In this document: positions 1-9,381 of the stretch, piece by piece
Numbering within the stretch: position 1 is the stretch's first letter
How the letters are laid out: every line of letters begins with the position of its first letter
Assembly: GCA_965649295.1 (NCBI GenBank)
Contig: CBFGKH010000003.1
Span: forward strand, 190,615 to 254,614
Direction: 5' to 3'
DNA length: 64,000 nt
Source: a candidate division WOR-3 bacterium
GTDB lineage: Bacteria; Hydrothermota; Tepidihabitantia; Tepidihabitantales; Tepidihabitantaceae
Translations under genes and position numbers: made by a program
Notes under the pieces: generated by a model
The model's database searches: none
The model's input: only the letters and a program-made list of their open reading frames with translations
What the model was told of the DNA's origin: nothing

Positions 1-567
1 CCATACACGGGCTGCGTCTGCCTGAATGTTGCGAACCCGGTTATGCCCCAGACGGTCGACTCGCTCTGGCTGACTGACACGCTATGGTGGAATGACATCG
101 TCATCGCCGGTTCCCGCGCGTATGTGGGTGGCGAACGCATACTCACCATTGACATATCGGACCCTGCAAATCTACGGGTGCGCGGTTCCTGGACTCCGCC
201 GTATCTTGTCGAGCGTCTGGAGTACTGTTCACCGTACTTGTATCCGGCCTGCTACGAAGCCGGGGTCTGCGTGCTGGAGTCGACCGCAGTCGGAATCAGT
301 GAACACCGGACAGAACAACCCGCTGCTCGACTTGAGGTCACCCCGAACCCGACGCGGAGTGGGGTGCTCATACGACTGACTCAGGCCGCAGGGACGGAAG
401 GTATTTGGACCGTAAGAGACGTTGCCGGTCGCATCGTCGGCAGTGGCCCGGTGGCAAGAGGGTCGCATTCGGCCACGATACGCCTGCCTGCCGGACCGTC
501 CGGTGTGTACATAGTCGAACTGGAGGTGGACAACCGAAAGACCATCGGTCGGGTAATCAAGCTCTAG
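1..567 (+). CDS. LVIVD-repeat beta-propeller protein with T9SS-like C-terminal domain (5' partial; array unit 0)
   Basis: Frame is open from base 1. LTIDISDPANL-type repeats and YPACYEAGVCVLESTAVG match the C-termini of 1172-3385 and 3980-6205. CTD motif TPNP...SGVYIVEL...KTIGRVIKL. Confidence 0.85.
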   Translation, partial: PYTGCVCLNVANPVMPQTVDSLWLTDTLWWNDIVIAGSRAYVGGERILTIDISDPANLRVRGSWTPPYLVERLEYCSPYLYPACYEAGVCVLESTAVGISEHRTEQPAARLEVTPNPTRSGVLIRLTQAAGTEGIWTVRDVAGRIVGSGPVARGSHSATIRLPAGPSGVYIVELEVDNRKTIGRVIKL

Positions 568-583
568 AAGAAAGGAGGCGACT

Positions 584-1141
584 ATGCGGCGGTTGTTTAT
601 GCTTGCAGTTCTGGTTCTGATGACGCCGAACGTGGTGTCTGCGCTTGTCCAAGCGTACTCAGTCGTACCGGTCAAGGCTGTGTGGTCAGGCCTAGCTGAC
701 CCGGAGGACGGCGTCTCCCAGACCCTGACCTGCAACTTCGACTCGCTGGTGTATGTCGAGCTGTTCTGCGGCGAGCAAGGCGCAGGCGGGACCTACGACT
801 GCGAAGTGCATGATGGCCAGACCGGTGCTCGAGTGGCTCACCGGCGCGGAGTTGTACCCGGGCAAGCCTGCAATTGGCTGGCGTTCAAAGACTTCACGGT
901 CATGGGGACCTTCACCAAAGGCAAGGTGTATGAGTTCCGCTTCACGCGGGCTGGGACAGACAGCATCAACTACTTCTGGCAGGATGGCGACCCGTATCGT
1001 TACGGTGACATCGTTGTCGGCAGTGAATCGATTCCCGGCCGCGACCTCTGTCTGCGGGTGTATGGCACACTCAACCCGGCGCCGCCGGCGTTCTGGGGCA
1101 TGGATGAGTGTAGTCTCATCCCGTCGGTTTCGGCGGCTTGA
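584..1141 (+). CDS. Secreted 185-aa protein; stand-alone copy A of the N-terminal domain of 6215-9316
   Basis: AAGGAGG SD, signal peptide. Shares VSQTLTCNFDSL and FTKGKVYEFRFTR...FWGMD blocks with 3395-3949 and 6215-9316. Confidence 0.85.
   Translation: MRRLFMLAVLVLMTPNVVSALVQAYSVVPVKAVWSGLADPEDGVSQTLTCNFDSLVYVELFCGEQGAGGTYDCEVHDGQTGARVAHRRGVVPGQACNWLAFKDFTVMGTFTKGKVYEFRFTRAGTDSINYFWQDGDPYRYGDIVVGSESIPGRDLCLRVYGTLNPAPPAFWGMDECSLIPSVSAA
712..765 (+). repeat. Array block R1 copy A (also 3514-3567 and 6346-6399)
   Basis: cgtctcccagaccctgacctgcaacttcgactcgctgg(t/c)gtatgtcgagctgtt occurs three times, with periods of 2802 and 2832 bp. Confidence 0.95.
911..1110 (+). repeat. Array block R2 copy A (also ~3739-3912 and 6554-6753)
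   Basis: About 200 bp. Copies A and C differ at about 5 positions by eye. Confidence 0.95.
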
Positions 1142-1165
1142 CGCCAGTCGGCCCTGGCCGACAAT
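1138..1165 (+). promoter_or_regulatory. Putative sigma70-type promoter, leaderless, for 1172-3385
   Basis: TTGACG-16 nt-GACAAT-6 nt-ATG, with no SD. The same elements recur at 3946-3973. Confidence 0.6.
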
Positions 1166-1171
1166 GAAGCC

Positions 1172-3385
1172 ATGAGACTGCGGCTACTGGTCCTGGCTGG
1201 GCTGGTGATGGTCGGTGCAGGTTGGGGAATCGACTGGAACGAAGATGCAGCCATCCGTGAATCCCTGGCGATCAAGGGCTCACTCCTCGGCCAGCGGTGG
1301 CTTGCGAAGATCGGCCGCCGCGACTATCTGTTGCGTCAGAGCCGCAAGCCCACCGCCGACAGTGGCCTGCGCTGTGTGGGCCGCTGGAGTTACGGTCCGT
1401 CACTGAAGGTATCAGTGCGCGTCACCGCCGACGACACCGTCATCTGCCTGACCCGTGGCTCGGGGGCATCGCTTGTCCGGCTCCGCTCCCAGAAGGGCGT
1501 CCGCCTGGAGTTACTGGGCGACGTCAACTTCGACGGCCTGCCGCGTCGGGCCGTGCTCAGCGACACGCTGGTTGTGGCCGGGATTAGCTTCGGCAGCTCC
1601 GGTATCGAAGTGCACGGTGTGTCAAACCCCGCCTCGCCCAACCGGTTGAGCCGCATCGACCTGCCGACGGTCAACGACATCGCGGTCAACGGCACGCTGG
1701 TCTATGCCGCCTGTGCCGACGACACGCTCCGAATCTACAGCATTGCCGACCCGCGCAACCCGGTCCGGGTCGGAGCCTGCCGCGACAGCTGCGACCTCTA
1801 CCTGAGCTACGCAGACGGCTACTGCTACCTGGTGCACGTCTCCGGCGTCAACATCGTTGACGTCCGCAACCCGACTCAGCCGCGCCGCGTGGGCCGGATC
1901 ACTGGCGGCGAACCGCTGGCGGTCATGGCACGGGACACCCTCTGCTATGTCACCGTCTACGAGTCAGGTCTGCGTATCTACAGCATCGCCAGCCCGACCG
2001 CGCCACGCCTGCTCGGCTCGCTCAATGGGCCGGATGCAATGGACGTGACGATGGCCCCGGGCACCGACAACCTGCTCTACACATCGTGGCTGGACATCAT
2101 CAACGTCGCCAGCCCGGCGTCACCATTCCTTGTCGGCCGGCTGCCGCGGCCGGCAAACGGCGTCGCGGTACTACCGGCACGCAACAAGGCCCTGCTCGCA
2201 GTCGATGGGCTGACGGTAGTTGACATCACCGAACCGGCCGCGCCGCGCGCAGACACCAACGCCTACTCAGCCGGGTCGGCATTGGACATAGCGCTGGACG
2301 ACACGAAGGCATACCTTGGTAGCTACCACTCCGGGCTGGCGATTCTCGACGTCTCCCGGCCGGAGCAGCCCTGCCAGCTCGGCGGCCTCGACTACATCGG
2401 CGCACTGCCCTCCTGCCTATCCGTCGCCGCGCGTGACTCCTTTGCCTTCGTCAGTTGGGACTCGGTGCCACAACTGCGCTCGGTGGACGTCACCGACCCA
2501 TATCACCCGGTGCAGGCTGGCGGCTGCGACGTCTGGGACCGTCCCGCCGACATGGTCCTGCGTGACACACTGCTCTACTGTGCGATGCCGCGCCGCTTCC
2601 AAATTGTCAACGTCGCCCGGCCGCGCCAGCCGGTGCTGATCGGAAGCTGCGCCGGTGACGGTGTGGCTGTCGTCGTGCAGGATAGCTTCGCCTATACTGC
2701 CGCCGGAGCCATTCGCATCACCAACATCGCACGGCCCGACAGTCCGTTCGTGGTCAGCACCATATCCGGCCACAATGCCACCGGAATAGCAGTTCGTGAC
2801 ACTTTCCTTTACTTGCCCTACGTCTATGACACCATCTTCGTCTACAGCATCGCCAACCCAGCGCAGCCACGGCTGCTCTCGACTGTCCAGTCGCTCGTCT
2901 GGCCAACCGACATCGTCTTGGGCGACGCCCGCGCCTACGTCGGTGGAGCCTACAACATCGATGTCTATGACCTGAGCCGGCCCGAGCTGCCCCGGCGAAT
3001 CGGAAGAGTCGGGCTACCCAGCAGCGGACTGCGGCGACTGTGTTACGCCGACGGCCTGCTGTACGCTGCGCTATGGGACGCGGGCGTGGCAATCTACGAG
3101 ACAACAGCCGTAGCCGTTGCCGAGCCGACGTGGCCCAAAGTCGGCAACACGTCGCTCAAATTGACACCCAACCCCACAAAGGGCCCACTGCGAGTCCGAC
3201 TTCCGGCATCCGGGTCGGGACGAATCACAGTGCGCGACGTTATCGGCCGCAGTGTAACAGAGACCGTATCAACAGCCAGCGGGCATGAGTGCTGGGTGGA
3301 CATCAGTGGCCAGCCTGACGGCGTCTACCTCGTCGAGACGGTGTGCAATGGCACGAGATGCTTTGCCAAGATTGTCAAAGACTAG
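1172..3385 (+). CDS. Secreted LVIVD-repeat beta-propeller protein with T9SS-like CTD (unit 1)
   Basis: Signal peptide, many GLxIxDVSxPxxP repeats, CTD TPNPTKG...DGVYLVE...AKIVKD. Confidence 0.9.
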   Translation: MRLRLLVLAGLVMVGAGWGIDWNEDAAIRESLAIKGSLLGQRWLAKIGRRDYLLRQSRKPTADSGLRCVGRWSYGPSLKVSVRVTADDTVICLTRGSGASLVRLRSQKGVRLELLGDVNFDGLPRRAVLSDTLVVAGISFGSSGIEVHGVSNPASPNRLSRIDLPTVNDIAVNGTLVYAACADDTLRIYSIADPRNPVRVGACRDSCDLYLSYADGYCYLVHVSGVNIVDVRNPTQPRRVGRITGGEPLAVMARDTLCYVTVYESGLRIYSIASPTAPRLLGSLNGPDAMDVTMAPGTDNLLYTSWLDIINVASPASPFLVGRLPRPANGVAVLPARNKALLAVDGLTVVDITEPAAPRADTNAYSAGSALDIALDDTKAYLGSYHSGLAILDVSRPEQPCQLGGLDYIGALPSCLSVAARDSFAFVSWDSVPQLRSVDVTDPYHPVQAGGCDVWDRPADMVLRDTLLYCAMPRRFQIVNVARPRQPVLIGSCAGDGVAVVVQDSFAYTAAGAIRITNIARPDSPFVVSTISGHNATGIAVRDTFLYLPYVYDTIFVYSIANPAQPRLLSTVQSLVWPTDIVLGDARAYVGGAYNIDVYDLSRPELPRRIGRVGLPSSGLRRLCYADGLLYAALWDAGVAIYETTAVAVAEPTWPKVGNTSLKLTPNPTKGPLRVRLPASGSGRITVRDVIGRSVTETVSTASGHECWVDISGQPDGVYLVETVCNGTRCFAKIVKD

Positions 3386-3394
3386 GAGGAATAC

Positions 3395-3949
3395 TTGAGA
3401 AAGCCAGTGCTGCTACTTGCGGCAGCAGTCGGAATCAGCTCGGCGTACGTTCAAGCCTACTCAGTCACTCCTATCAAGGCAGCATGGAGCGGATGGACTA
3501 GCCGTGGAGACACCGTCTCCCAGACCCTGACCTGCAACTTCGACTCGCTGGCGTATGTCGAGCTGTTTGTCGGGGACCATAACGGTAGTGAAGCATACAA
3601 CTTGCTGGTCGTGACGTACCCCGGTGGTGCGCCGGTTGCAAGTCAGGATGGCGGCAGCTACCTGCGACCGTGCCACTGGGTAAGGTTCGACCGAATCTCG
3701 GTAACGCATCCCCAGAGAATCGTCAAAGGGACACTTCTTGAGTTCCGCTTCACGCGGTCGGGTTCGGACAGCATCAACTACTTCTGGCAGGATGGCGACC
3801 CGTATCGTTACGGTGACATCGTTGTCGGCAGTGAGCCGATTCCCGGCCGCGACCTCTGTCTGCGGGTGTATGGCACACTCAACCCAGTGCCACCGGCGTT
3901 CTGGGGGATGGATAAGTGGAACTTCATCCCCTCGGTTTCGGCGGCTTGA
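3395..3949 (+). CDS. Secreted 184-aa protein; stand-alone copy B of the N-terminal domain of 6215-9316
   Basis: AGGAGG SD, TTG start, signal peptide. Same conserved blocks and same IPSVSAA* end as copy A. Confidence 0.85.
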   Translation: MRKPVLLLAAAVGISSAYVQAYSVTPIKAAWSGWTSRGDTVSQTLTCNFDSLAYVELFVGDHNGSEAYNLLVVTYPGGAPVASQDGGSYLRPCHWVRFDRISVTHPQRIVKGTLLEFRFTRSGSDSINYFWQDGDPYRYGDIVVGSEPIPGRDLCLRVYGTLNPVPPAFWGMDKWNFIPSVSAA

Positions 3950-3973
3950 CGCAGGTGGGACCTGGCCGACAAT
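3946..3973 (+). promoter_or_regulatory. Putative leaderless promoter for 3980-6205
   Basis: TTGACG-16 nt-GACAAT-6 nt-ATG. Hexamers are conserved with 1138-1165 while the spacer has diverged. Confidence 0.6.
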
Positions 3974-3979
3974 GAAGCC

Positions 3980-6205
3980 ATGACTACCAGGAGCCGCTGG
4001 GCCGGACTGACCATCCTGCTCCTGGCCGCAACAGCCGGGCTATCGGCCGAGCTCGACTACCGGCAGCACGGGGCGGTGCAGGAGAGCTTGAGCCGGGTTC
4101 CACCGAAGTGGCGATATCAGTGGCTGCAGTCGCGCGACATCGACGTCCCGGGCGTCACACGCTACCGCCCTGCCAGTACCGACTCCGGCCTGCGGCTCGT
4201 CGGTAAGTACGGCCGTGGCCGGTCCTGGGATGTCGAAGGACAGGACAGCATTGTCGCGCTGGCGCTGGGCAGCGAGGTGGCACTCTTCAACTTCGCCGAC
4301 CCGAGCCGGCCCGAGCTGCTATCCGAGACCCAACTGGACTACCTGCCTGCCCAGGCCATCATCGGTGACAACCTGCTCTTTACCGGCCGCAACGGCATCG
4401 ACATCTGGAATGTCAGCGACCCGCAGCAGCCATTGCGGCTCAGTCACCTTCCCTACATTGTCAGCGGCTTCGCAGTGACCGACAGCCTGCTCTGCTTTGT
4501 CAGTGGCGACTCGTTCTACTGCTACAACGTCGCCAACCCGGCAGCGCCGGCTCGGCTGGGCGCCTGCCGGGACAGCGGCTACGTTGTCACGGCGACGTCT
4601 GCCGTTGCCGTGCTCCTCACCCGCGACCTGCTGGCCTTCATCGACATCACCAATCCGCGAGCGCCGCGCCGCGCCGGCGGCTTTGGCGGCAACCCGCTGG
4701 CAGCCCAAGCGCGCGGCAGCCTTCTCTGCGCCACCTTTGCCAACCCCAACCAGCCGTCCGCGTCGCAATTCAAGACCATCGACATCCGCGACCCGGCCCA
4801 TCCGGTGCAACTGGCCAGCCTTGACTCGGTCTGCGGCGTCGGCCTCTGCCTGACCGGGCAATACGCCTTCACCTCCGGGCGCGCCCACTACGAGCCGATG
4901 CGCATCGTCAACATCGCTGACTCGGCGCGTCCGTTTGTGGCCGGCGAGCTTGCGCTGCCGTCGTCCGGCGAAGGCTGGGGAACGTGGGCTGACCTAGGCC
5001 GCAACCGCGCGTATGTCGCCTGGGACTACTGCGGCCTACAAGTCATCGACATCGCCAGCATCAGCTCGCCGGTGCTCGACACTGCCCTGCTGGTAGCCGA
5101 CATGGCGCTCGACATCACCGTTGACGGCAACCGAGCCTACGTGGCAGCCTGCCGGGCCGGGCTGCGCGTGCTCGACGTCTCGGACCCGGCCAACCCGGTG
5201 GAACTGGGTGGATTCGACACGATTGCAAGCACGGTCGAAAGCAGAACGGTCGTGGCCCGGGACAGCTTCGCCTACATCGGCTGGTGGCCACTGCCGGCAT
5301 TCCGGGTGGTGTCGGTAGCCGACCCCTCTAACCCGCAGCAAGTCGCAACCTGCAGTGTTCCGACCATCCCCGAGGACATGGTGTTGCGCGACACGCTCAT
5401 CTACGGCGCCGGGCGGCTGCGGTTCTTCGTCGTCAACGTCGCCCGGCCGCGCCAGCCGGTGCTGATCGGGAGCTGTGTGCTGCCGGGGGACGTATGGGAC
5501 TTAGACATCGAGGATACGCTGGCCTATGTGACCAGTAGCACGGTGGTTGTTGTGAACATCGCCCGTCCGAACAACCCCTTCATCACCGCAACGTGGCGCA
5601 CAATGGTGGCGCTCGACGTCGTTGATACCATCCTCTACACCATTGGCAGTAGCTATGTCTGGTCCGTGGACATGACGCAGCCAAGCCAGCCAGCAGTACT
5701 GGACTCACTAGCCATCCCGAGTTGGGTGTCGGATATCGCAGTCGAAGGCACACGCGCATATGCGGGCGGGGTAGTTGCGCACGTGTTGGACGTCAGCGAT
5801 CAGCGGAACCTGAGAGAAGTCGGACGATGGACGCCGCCGCAAGCGTTCCGCCGCCTGCTAGCCACCGACCAATACGTGTATGCGGCCTGCTATGACGCGG
5901 GAGTCTGTATCCTGGAGACAACTGCGGTTGGCGTGGCGGAGGCACCGGTTGCCGGTGCCCGGCTGCTCGAGGTGTACGTTCGCCCCAGCCCGACATCGGG
6001 ACGGGCGGCGATCGAGTTGGCGCCGAACGTGGACTGCGCAGTTTCAGTCCTAGACGCGACTGGTCGGCGAATCCAGCTTGCTCCTAGTTGTCACAGGGAT
6101 GGGCGCGTGGTCTCGCTGGACATCACTCGACTAAGAGGAGGCGTGTACTTTGTGGAGGTCAGTACCGACAAGAAACGTCTTACGACCAAGATCGTGAAGC
6201 AATAG
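3980..6205 (+). CDS. Secreted LVIVD-repeat beta-propeller protein with T9SS-like CTD (unit 2)
   Basis: Signal peptide, GLRVLDVSDPANP repeats, CTD ...GGVYFVEV...TTKIVKQ. Paralog of 1172-3385. Confidence 0.9.
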   Translation: MTTRSRWAGLTILLLAATAGLSAELDYRQHGAVQESLSRVPPKWRYQWLQSRDIDVPGVTRYRPASTDSGLRLVGKYGRGRSWDVEGQDSIVALALGSEVALFNFADPSRPELLSETQLDYLPAQAIIGDNLLFTGRNGIDIWNVSDPQQPLRLSHLPYIVSGFAVTDSLLCFVSGDSFYCYNVANPAAPARLGACRDSGYVVTATSAVAVLLTRDLLAFIDITNPRAPRRAGGFGGNPLAAQARGSLLCATFANPNQPSASQFKTIDIRDPAHPVQLASLDSVCGVGLCLTGQYAFTSGRAHYEPMRIVNIADSARPFVAGELALPSSGEGWGTWADLGRNRAYVAWDYCGLQVIDIASISSPVLDTALLVADMALDITVDGNRAYVAACRAGLRVLDVSDPANPVELGGFDTIASTVESRTVVARDSFAYIGWWPLPAFRVVSVADPSNPQQVATCSVPTIPEDMVLRDTLIYGAGRLRFFVVNVARPRQPVLIGSCVLPGDVWDLDIEDTLAYVTSSTVVVVNIARPNNPFITATWRTMVALDVVDTILYTIGSSYVWSVDMTQPSQPAVLDSLAIPSWVSDIAVEGTRAYAGGVVAHVLDVSDQRNLREVGRWTPPQAFRRLLATDQYVYAACYDAGVCILETTAVGVAEAPVAGARLLEVYVRPSPTSGRAAIELAPNVDCAVSVLDATGRRIQLAPSCHRDGRVVSLDITRLRGGVYFVEVSTDKKRLTTKIVKQ

Positions 6206-6214
6206 GCGAAGACG

Positions 6215-9200
6215 ATGACGAAGTGTCTAGGGTTGCTTCTACTCGCCTCTGCGGGCATTAGTCTAGGGCTCGTACAGGCGTACTCGGTTACCCCAACCCG
6301 CGGGCAGTGGTCTGACTGGGCACCGAGCCAGTTCCCGTACAACTACGTCTCCCAGACCCTGACCTGCAACTTCGACTCGCTGGCGTATGTCGAGCTGTTT
6401 GTCGGGGACAGAGGCGCCAATCCGGACCTGTCCTACAAGGCAGAAGTGTATGAACCCGGCGGTGTGCATCCAGTTGCGTCCAGCGACCGAGTCACGGCTC
6501 AGCAGAACTGGGCCTGGCTCAAGTTCCCGCTGAGGGCACAGTCCGGCTACTCATTCACCAAAGGCAAGGTGTATGAGTTCCGCTTCACGCGGGCTGGGAC
6601 AGACAGCATCAACTACTTCTGGCAGGATGGCGACCCGTATCGTTACGGCGACATCGTTGTCGGCGGCGAACCGATTCTCGGCCGCGACCTCTGTCTGCGG
6701 GTGTATGGCACACTCAACCCGGCGCCGCCGGCGTTCTGGGGCATGGATGAGTGGAACTTCGTGCCGTGGAGCGACAACGACTCTGCCAACCGCGACCGAC
6801 TGCGCCAAGAGTGCGGAGCGCTTGCCCGCGCCGCTGGTGTCGGCACGATGATGACCTACGCACGCTGGCACACCCAAGATTCTCTCACCATACTGCAGCG
6901 GAGAAGCCGACCGGACTCGGCGCGCTGGAACTGGCTCGACTTCGACGCCCGGCTCTGGGCAATTGCCCATGATGCACAGTGCCGGCCAGTGATTAACATT
7001 CAGGGCGTACACAAGATTGCCAGTTCGCGGCATGCCTTCATCAAGGCCAGAGAGCCGGCTAACACCGATTACTACTTGGTCTGGGATACAGCAACGTACT
7101 GCGCGCCACGTGGTCTTTGGAAGCCTCTCTACTCCGAGGAGAACTCCTGGTCGCGCTACATCCGTGAACTCGTGACCCATCTGGAACAGGACACCCAGCG
7201 ACGGCGCTGGCCCGGACCGCCCTGCAGTACGGTTCATGTCTGGGAGATATGGAACGAGCCGAACGACACCTGTATCAGGAGCGAGCGCTACATCGAGGAC
7301 TTCGTGACCGGCTGGTGGCGCCGACCGACCATTGAGTACACGTCCGGGTTTGACGGATTGCGGGGGTTGTGCTCATTATATGTGCAGATGGCGTGGGTTG
7401 CGGCTAAGGTCATTCGCGACCAGCCGGGACATCAGCACGACACGATTGTCATTGGCAGCACCAACCGCGCGTTCTACCCGCGGCCAGTTGACGATGCTTG
7501 CTCAGGCATTGACTTCATCCGCACCTGCTATCAGATTGCGGCCGCCGATACGACCAAGGGCATCTTCTGGGATGGGGTTTCGTTCCATCCCTACCAGTCT
7601 CACTTTGGCTTCGACCCAGAGGACTTCGCGGCCCAGGCTGAGTCGGTGCTGGCTGTAGCCCGTGAGTTCGGTGATTTCGACTGTCTTCTCTGGAACTCGG
7701 AATGTGGACTGGTGAACTACGACTGGCGCAACATCTCGGACATCAATAGGCACTATCAGACTGATGCAACCCAATACCTTCCCCAGATCTACACCTCGGC
7801 GCTGGCGTCACAGGCGTCACCCGGCGCCCGCTACTATGCCTGCCAGTGGTGGTGGTTCAGCAACACAGACACGGCATCGAATTACGGGCTGGTCTGCTTG
7901 CGCAACTTCTACCCGGACAGCACCGGAACCGGCCGCTGGGAGACGCTACCGAGCTACAACGAGTTCGGGCGCCTGACTAGGGCACTGAGCGGGCTGCGGT
8001 TTGAACGAAGAGTGTTGGCAGGTGACATTGCGCAGGATACTGGGTTCCGGATGTATGAGTTCAGCAACCCGGCACAGGACAACCGCCGAACCTGGGTCGG
8101 CTGGGCAGTTGATAGCAAAGGTCGAACTCCCAAGACGGTTGCGGCACGGTTTCCCGTGCGGACCGACTCAGTCATTCTCGGTACGCTTGGCGCAGCGCAC
8201 GGCGCTGCGCCGGCCGACCCTGACGGCTGGTTGCGGTTAACTCTCAGTGCGCAGACGATGCAGGTTGACGAGTATGCCGGGCAGCCCGTGCGTCCGGACT
8301 TCGTCGTGGACTCGGTGCGGGTGCGGCCATTACGACCACAGGTGAACAGACCGTGCACGCTGCTGGCCTACGTGCGAGACCACGGAACAAGAAACAGACC
8401 TGGCATTCGCCCGCTGGTCCGATTCGGATGGGATGAAGACTCGGTGGCAACAGTGCCAATGGATACCTCGCATGACGCCGGTCCGGTGCGCTTCGTCATC
8501 GCTGCCGTGCCACCGGCAATGCACGGTATCAGGCTGTTCACGGCCTTGGTCAATCCCAAGCAGGAGTTTGTTGAGCTAGGAATGGACGACAACACCGGCT
8601 ACCAAAAGACCAGGGTCGTGCGCCCACCAGAAGGCAGCATCGCGATTGCCAGCCACGACAGCCGACACAAGCTGCCCATCGTGCCGGTGCGGTTGCGCAC
8701 CGAAAGCAGAGAACGAGACACGACGGGCAATACTCCAGCGGACTCGGCCCGGCTGATCCAGGTGCTGGTTAGCAATGCCGATTCGGTGCTGGCTACAGAC
8801 ACTGGCGCGTGGTTCTCGGGCGCGGTCAGGGACACGACGCTCCGGTTTCTGCTTGGCCAGGGCCGGTATCGCATCCTATTCCAGGTGCGCGACTCTGGCG
8901 ACAACTACAGCCTGCCGATTGCGGACACGCTGCATCCGACTATCCTCTTCGACTCAACCTCGGCAACCGGCACCTTGGAGTTGTATATCGGGCAGAGGTT
9001 CTCGACCATGCAGCAATACACCCTCTCACTGTCTGCGACCAACAGGCTCTCCGACAGGTGGATAGTGCGGCTTGGCCACGAGGCACAGTTGTGGCAAGCG
9101 CTGTACGACCTTCCAGTCTCGACGCAAGAACTCTTTCCGGCTAACGACATACCGCAATCACTGATTTGCGAGGAAAGAGAACAAGATGAGCAGTCAGCAG

Positions 9201-9316
9201 CCGGGATGCGATTCACAGACGAGATGACAGGACTCAACATCCCGCATCGGCCAGTTATTGTTGTGTACTTAAAAGTACACAATGACAAAGGGCCGGGTTC
9301 GGACAGAAGTACATGA
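6215..9316 (+). CDS. Secreted multidomain protein: cassette domain (copy C) + clan GH-A-like glycoside hydrolase (GH39/GH5-like) + CARDB/Ig-like domains
   Basis: Signal peptide. WEIWNEPN acid/base motif, DGVSFHPY, WNSECG nucleophile-like motif, CARDB-like RPDFVVDSV...VNPKQEFVELGMDDN. Confidence 0.75.
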   Translation: MTKCLGLLLLASAGISLGLVQAYSVTPTRGQWSDWAPSQFPYNYVSQTLTCNFDSLAYVELFVGDRGANPDLSYKAEVYEPGGVHPVASSDRVTAQQNWAWLKFPLRAQSGYSFTKGKVYEFRFTRAGTDSINYFWQDGDPYRYGDIVVGGEPILGRDLCLRVYGTLNPAPPAFWGMDEWNFVPWSDNDSANRDRLRQECGALARAAGVGTMMTYARWHTQDSLTILQRRSRPDSARWNWLDFDARLWAIAHDAQCRPVINIQGVHKIASSRHAFIKAREPANTDYYLVWDTATYCAPRGLWKPLYSEENSWSRYIRELVTHLEQDTQRRRWPGPPCSTVHVWEIWNEPNDTCIRSERYIEDFVTGWWRRPTIEYTSGFDGLRGLCSLYVQMAWVAAKVIRDQPGHQHDTIVIGSTNRAFYPRPVDDACSGIDFIRTCYQIAAADTTKGIFWDGVSFHPYQSHFGFDPEDFAAQAESVLAVAREFGDFDCLLWNSECGLVNYDWRNISDINRHYQTDATQYLPQIYTSALASQASPGARYYACQWWWFSNTDTASNYGLVCLRNFYPDSTGTGRWETLPSYNEFGRLTRALSGLRFERRVLAGDIAQDTGFRMYEFSNPAQDNRRTWVGWAVDSKGRTPKTVAARFPVRTDSVILGTLGAAHGAAPADPDGWLRLTLSAQTMQVDEYAGQPVRPDFVVDSVRVRPLRPQVNRPCTLLAYVRDHGTRNRPGIRPLVRFGWDEDSVATVPMDTSHDAGPVRFVIAAVPPAMHGIRLFTALVNPKQEFVELGMDDNTGYQKTRVVRPPEGSIAIASHDSRHKLPIVPVRLRTESRERDTTGNTPADSARLIQVLVSNADSVLATDTGAWFSGAVRDTTLRFLLGQGRYRILFQVRDSGDNYSLPIADTLHPTILFDSTSATGTLELYIGQRFSTMQQYTLSLSATNRLSDRWIVRLGHEAQLWQALYDLPVSTQELFPANDIPQSLICEEREQDEQSAAGMRFTDEMTGLNIPHRPVIVVYLKVHNDKGPGSDRST

Positions 9317-9353
9317 TTTTTCAACTGGTTGGATGCATCGGTCGCTTTTTGCG

Positions 9354-9381
9354 ACCCCATCCCCGGGACTGTCCCCGGAGT
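9354..9381. repeat. Dispersed 28-bp intergenic repeat, copy 1
   Basis: accccatccccgggactgtccccggagt is identical to 49099-49126. Confidence 0.9.

Noticed and set aside
1..9316. Diversity-generating retroelement or shufflon
   Set aside because: No reverse transcriptase or recombinase in the window, differences are not adenine-specific, and the repeats are direct rather than inverted.
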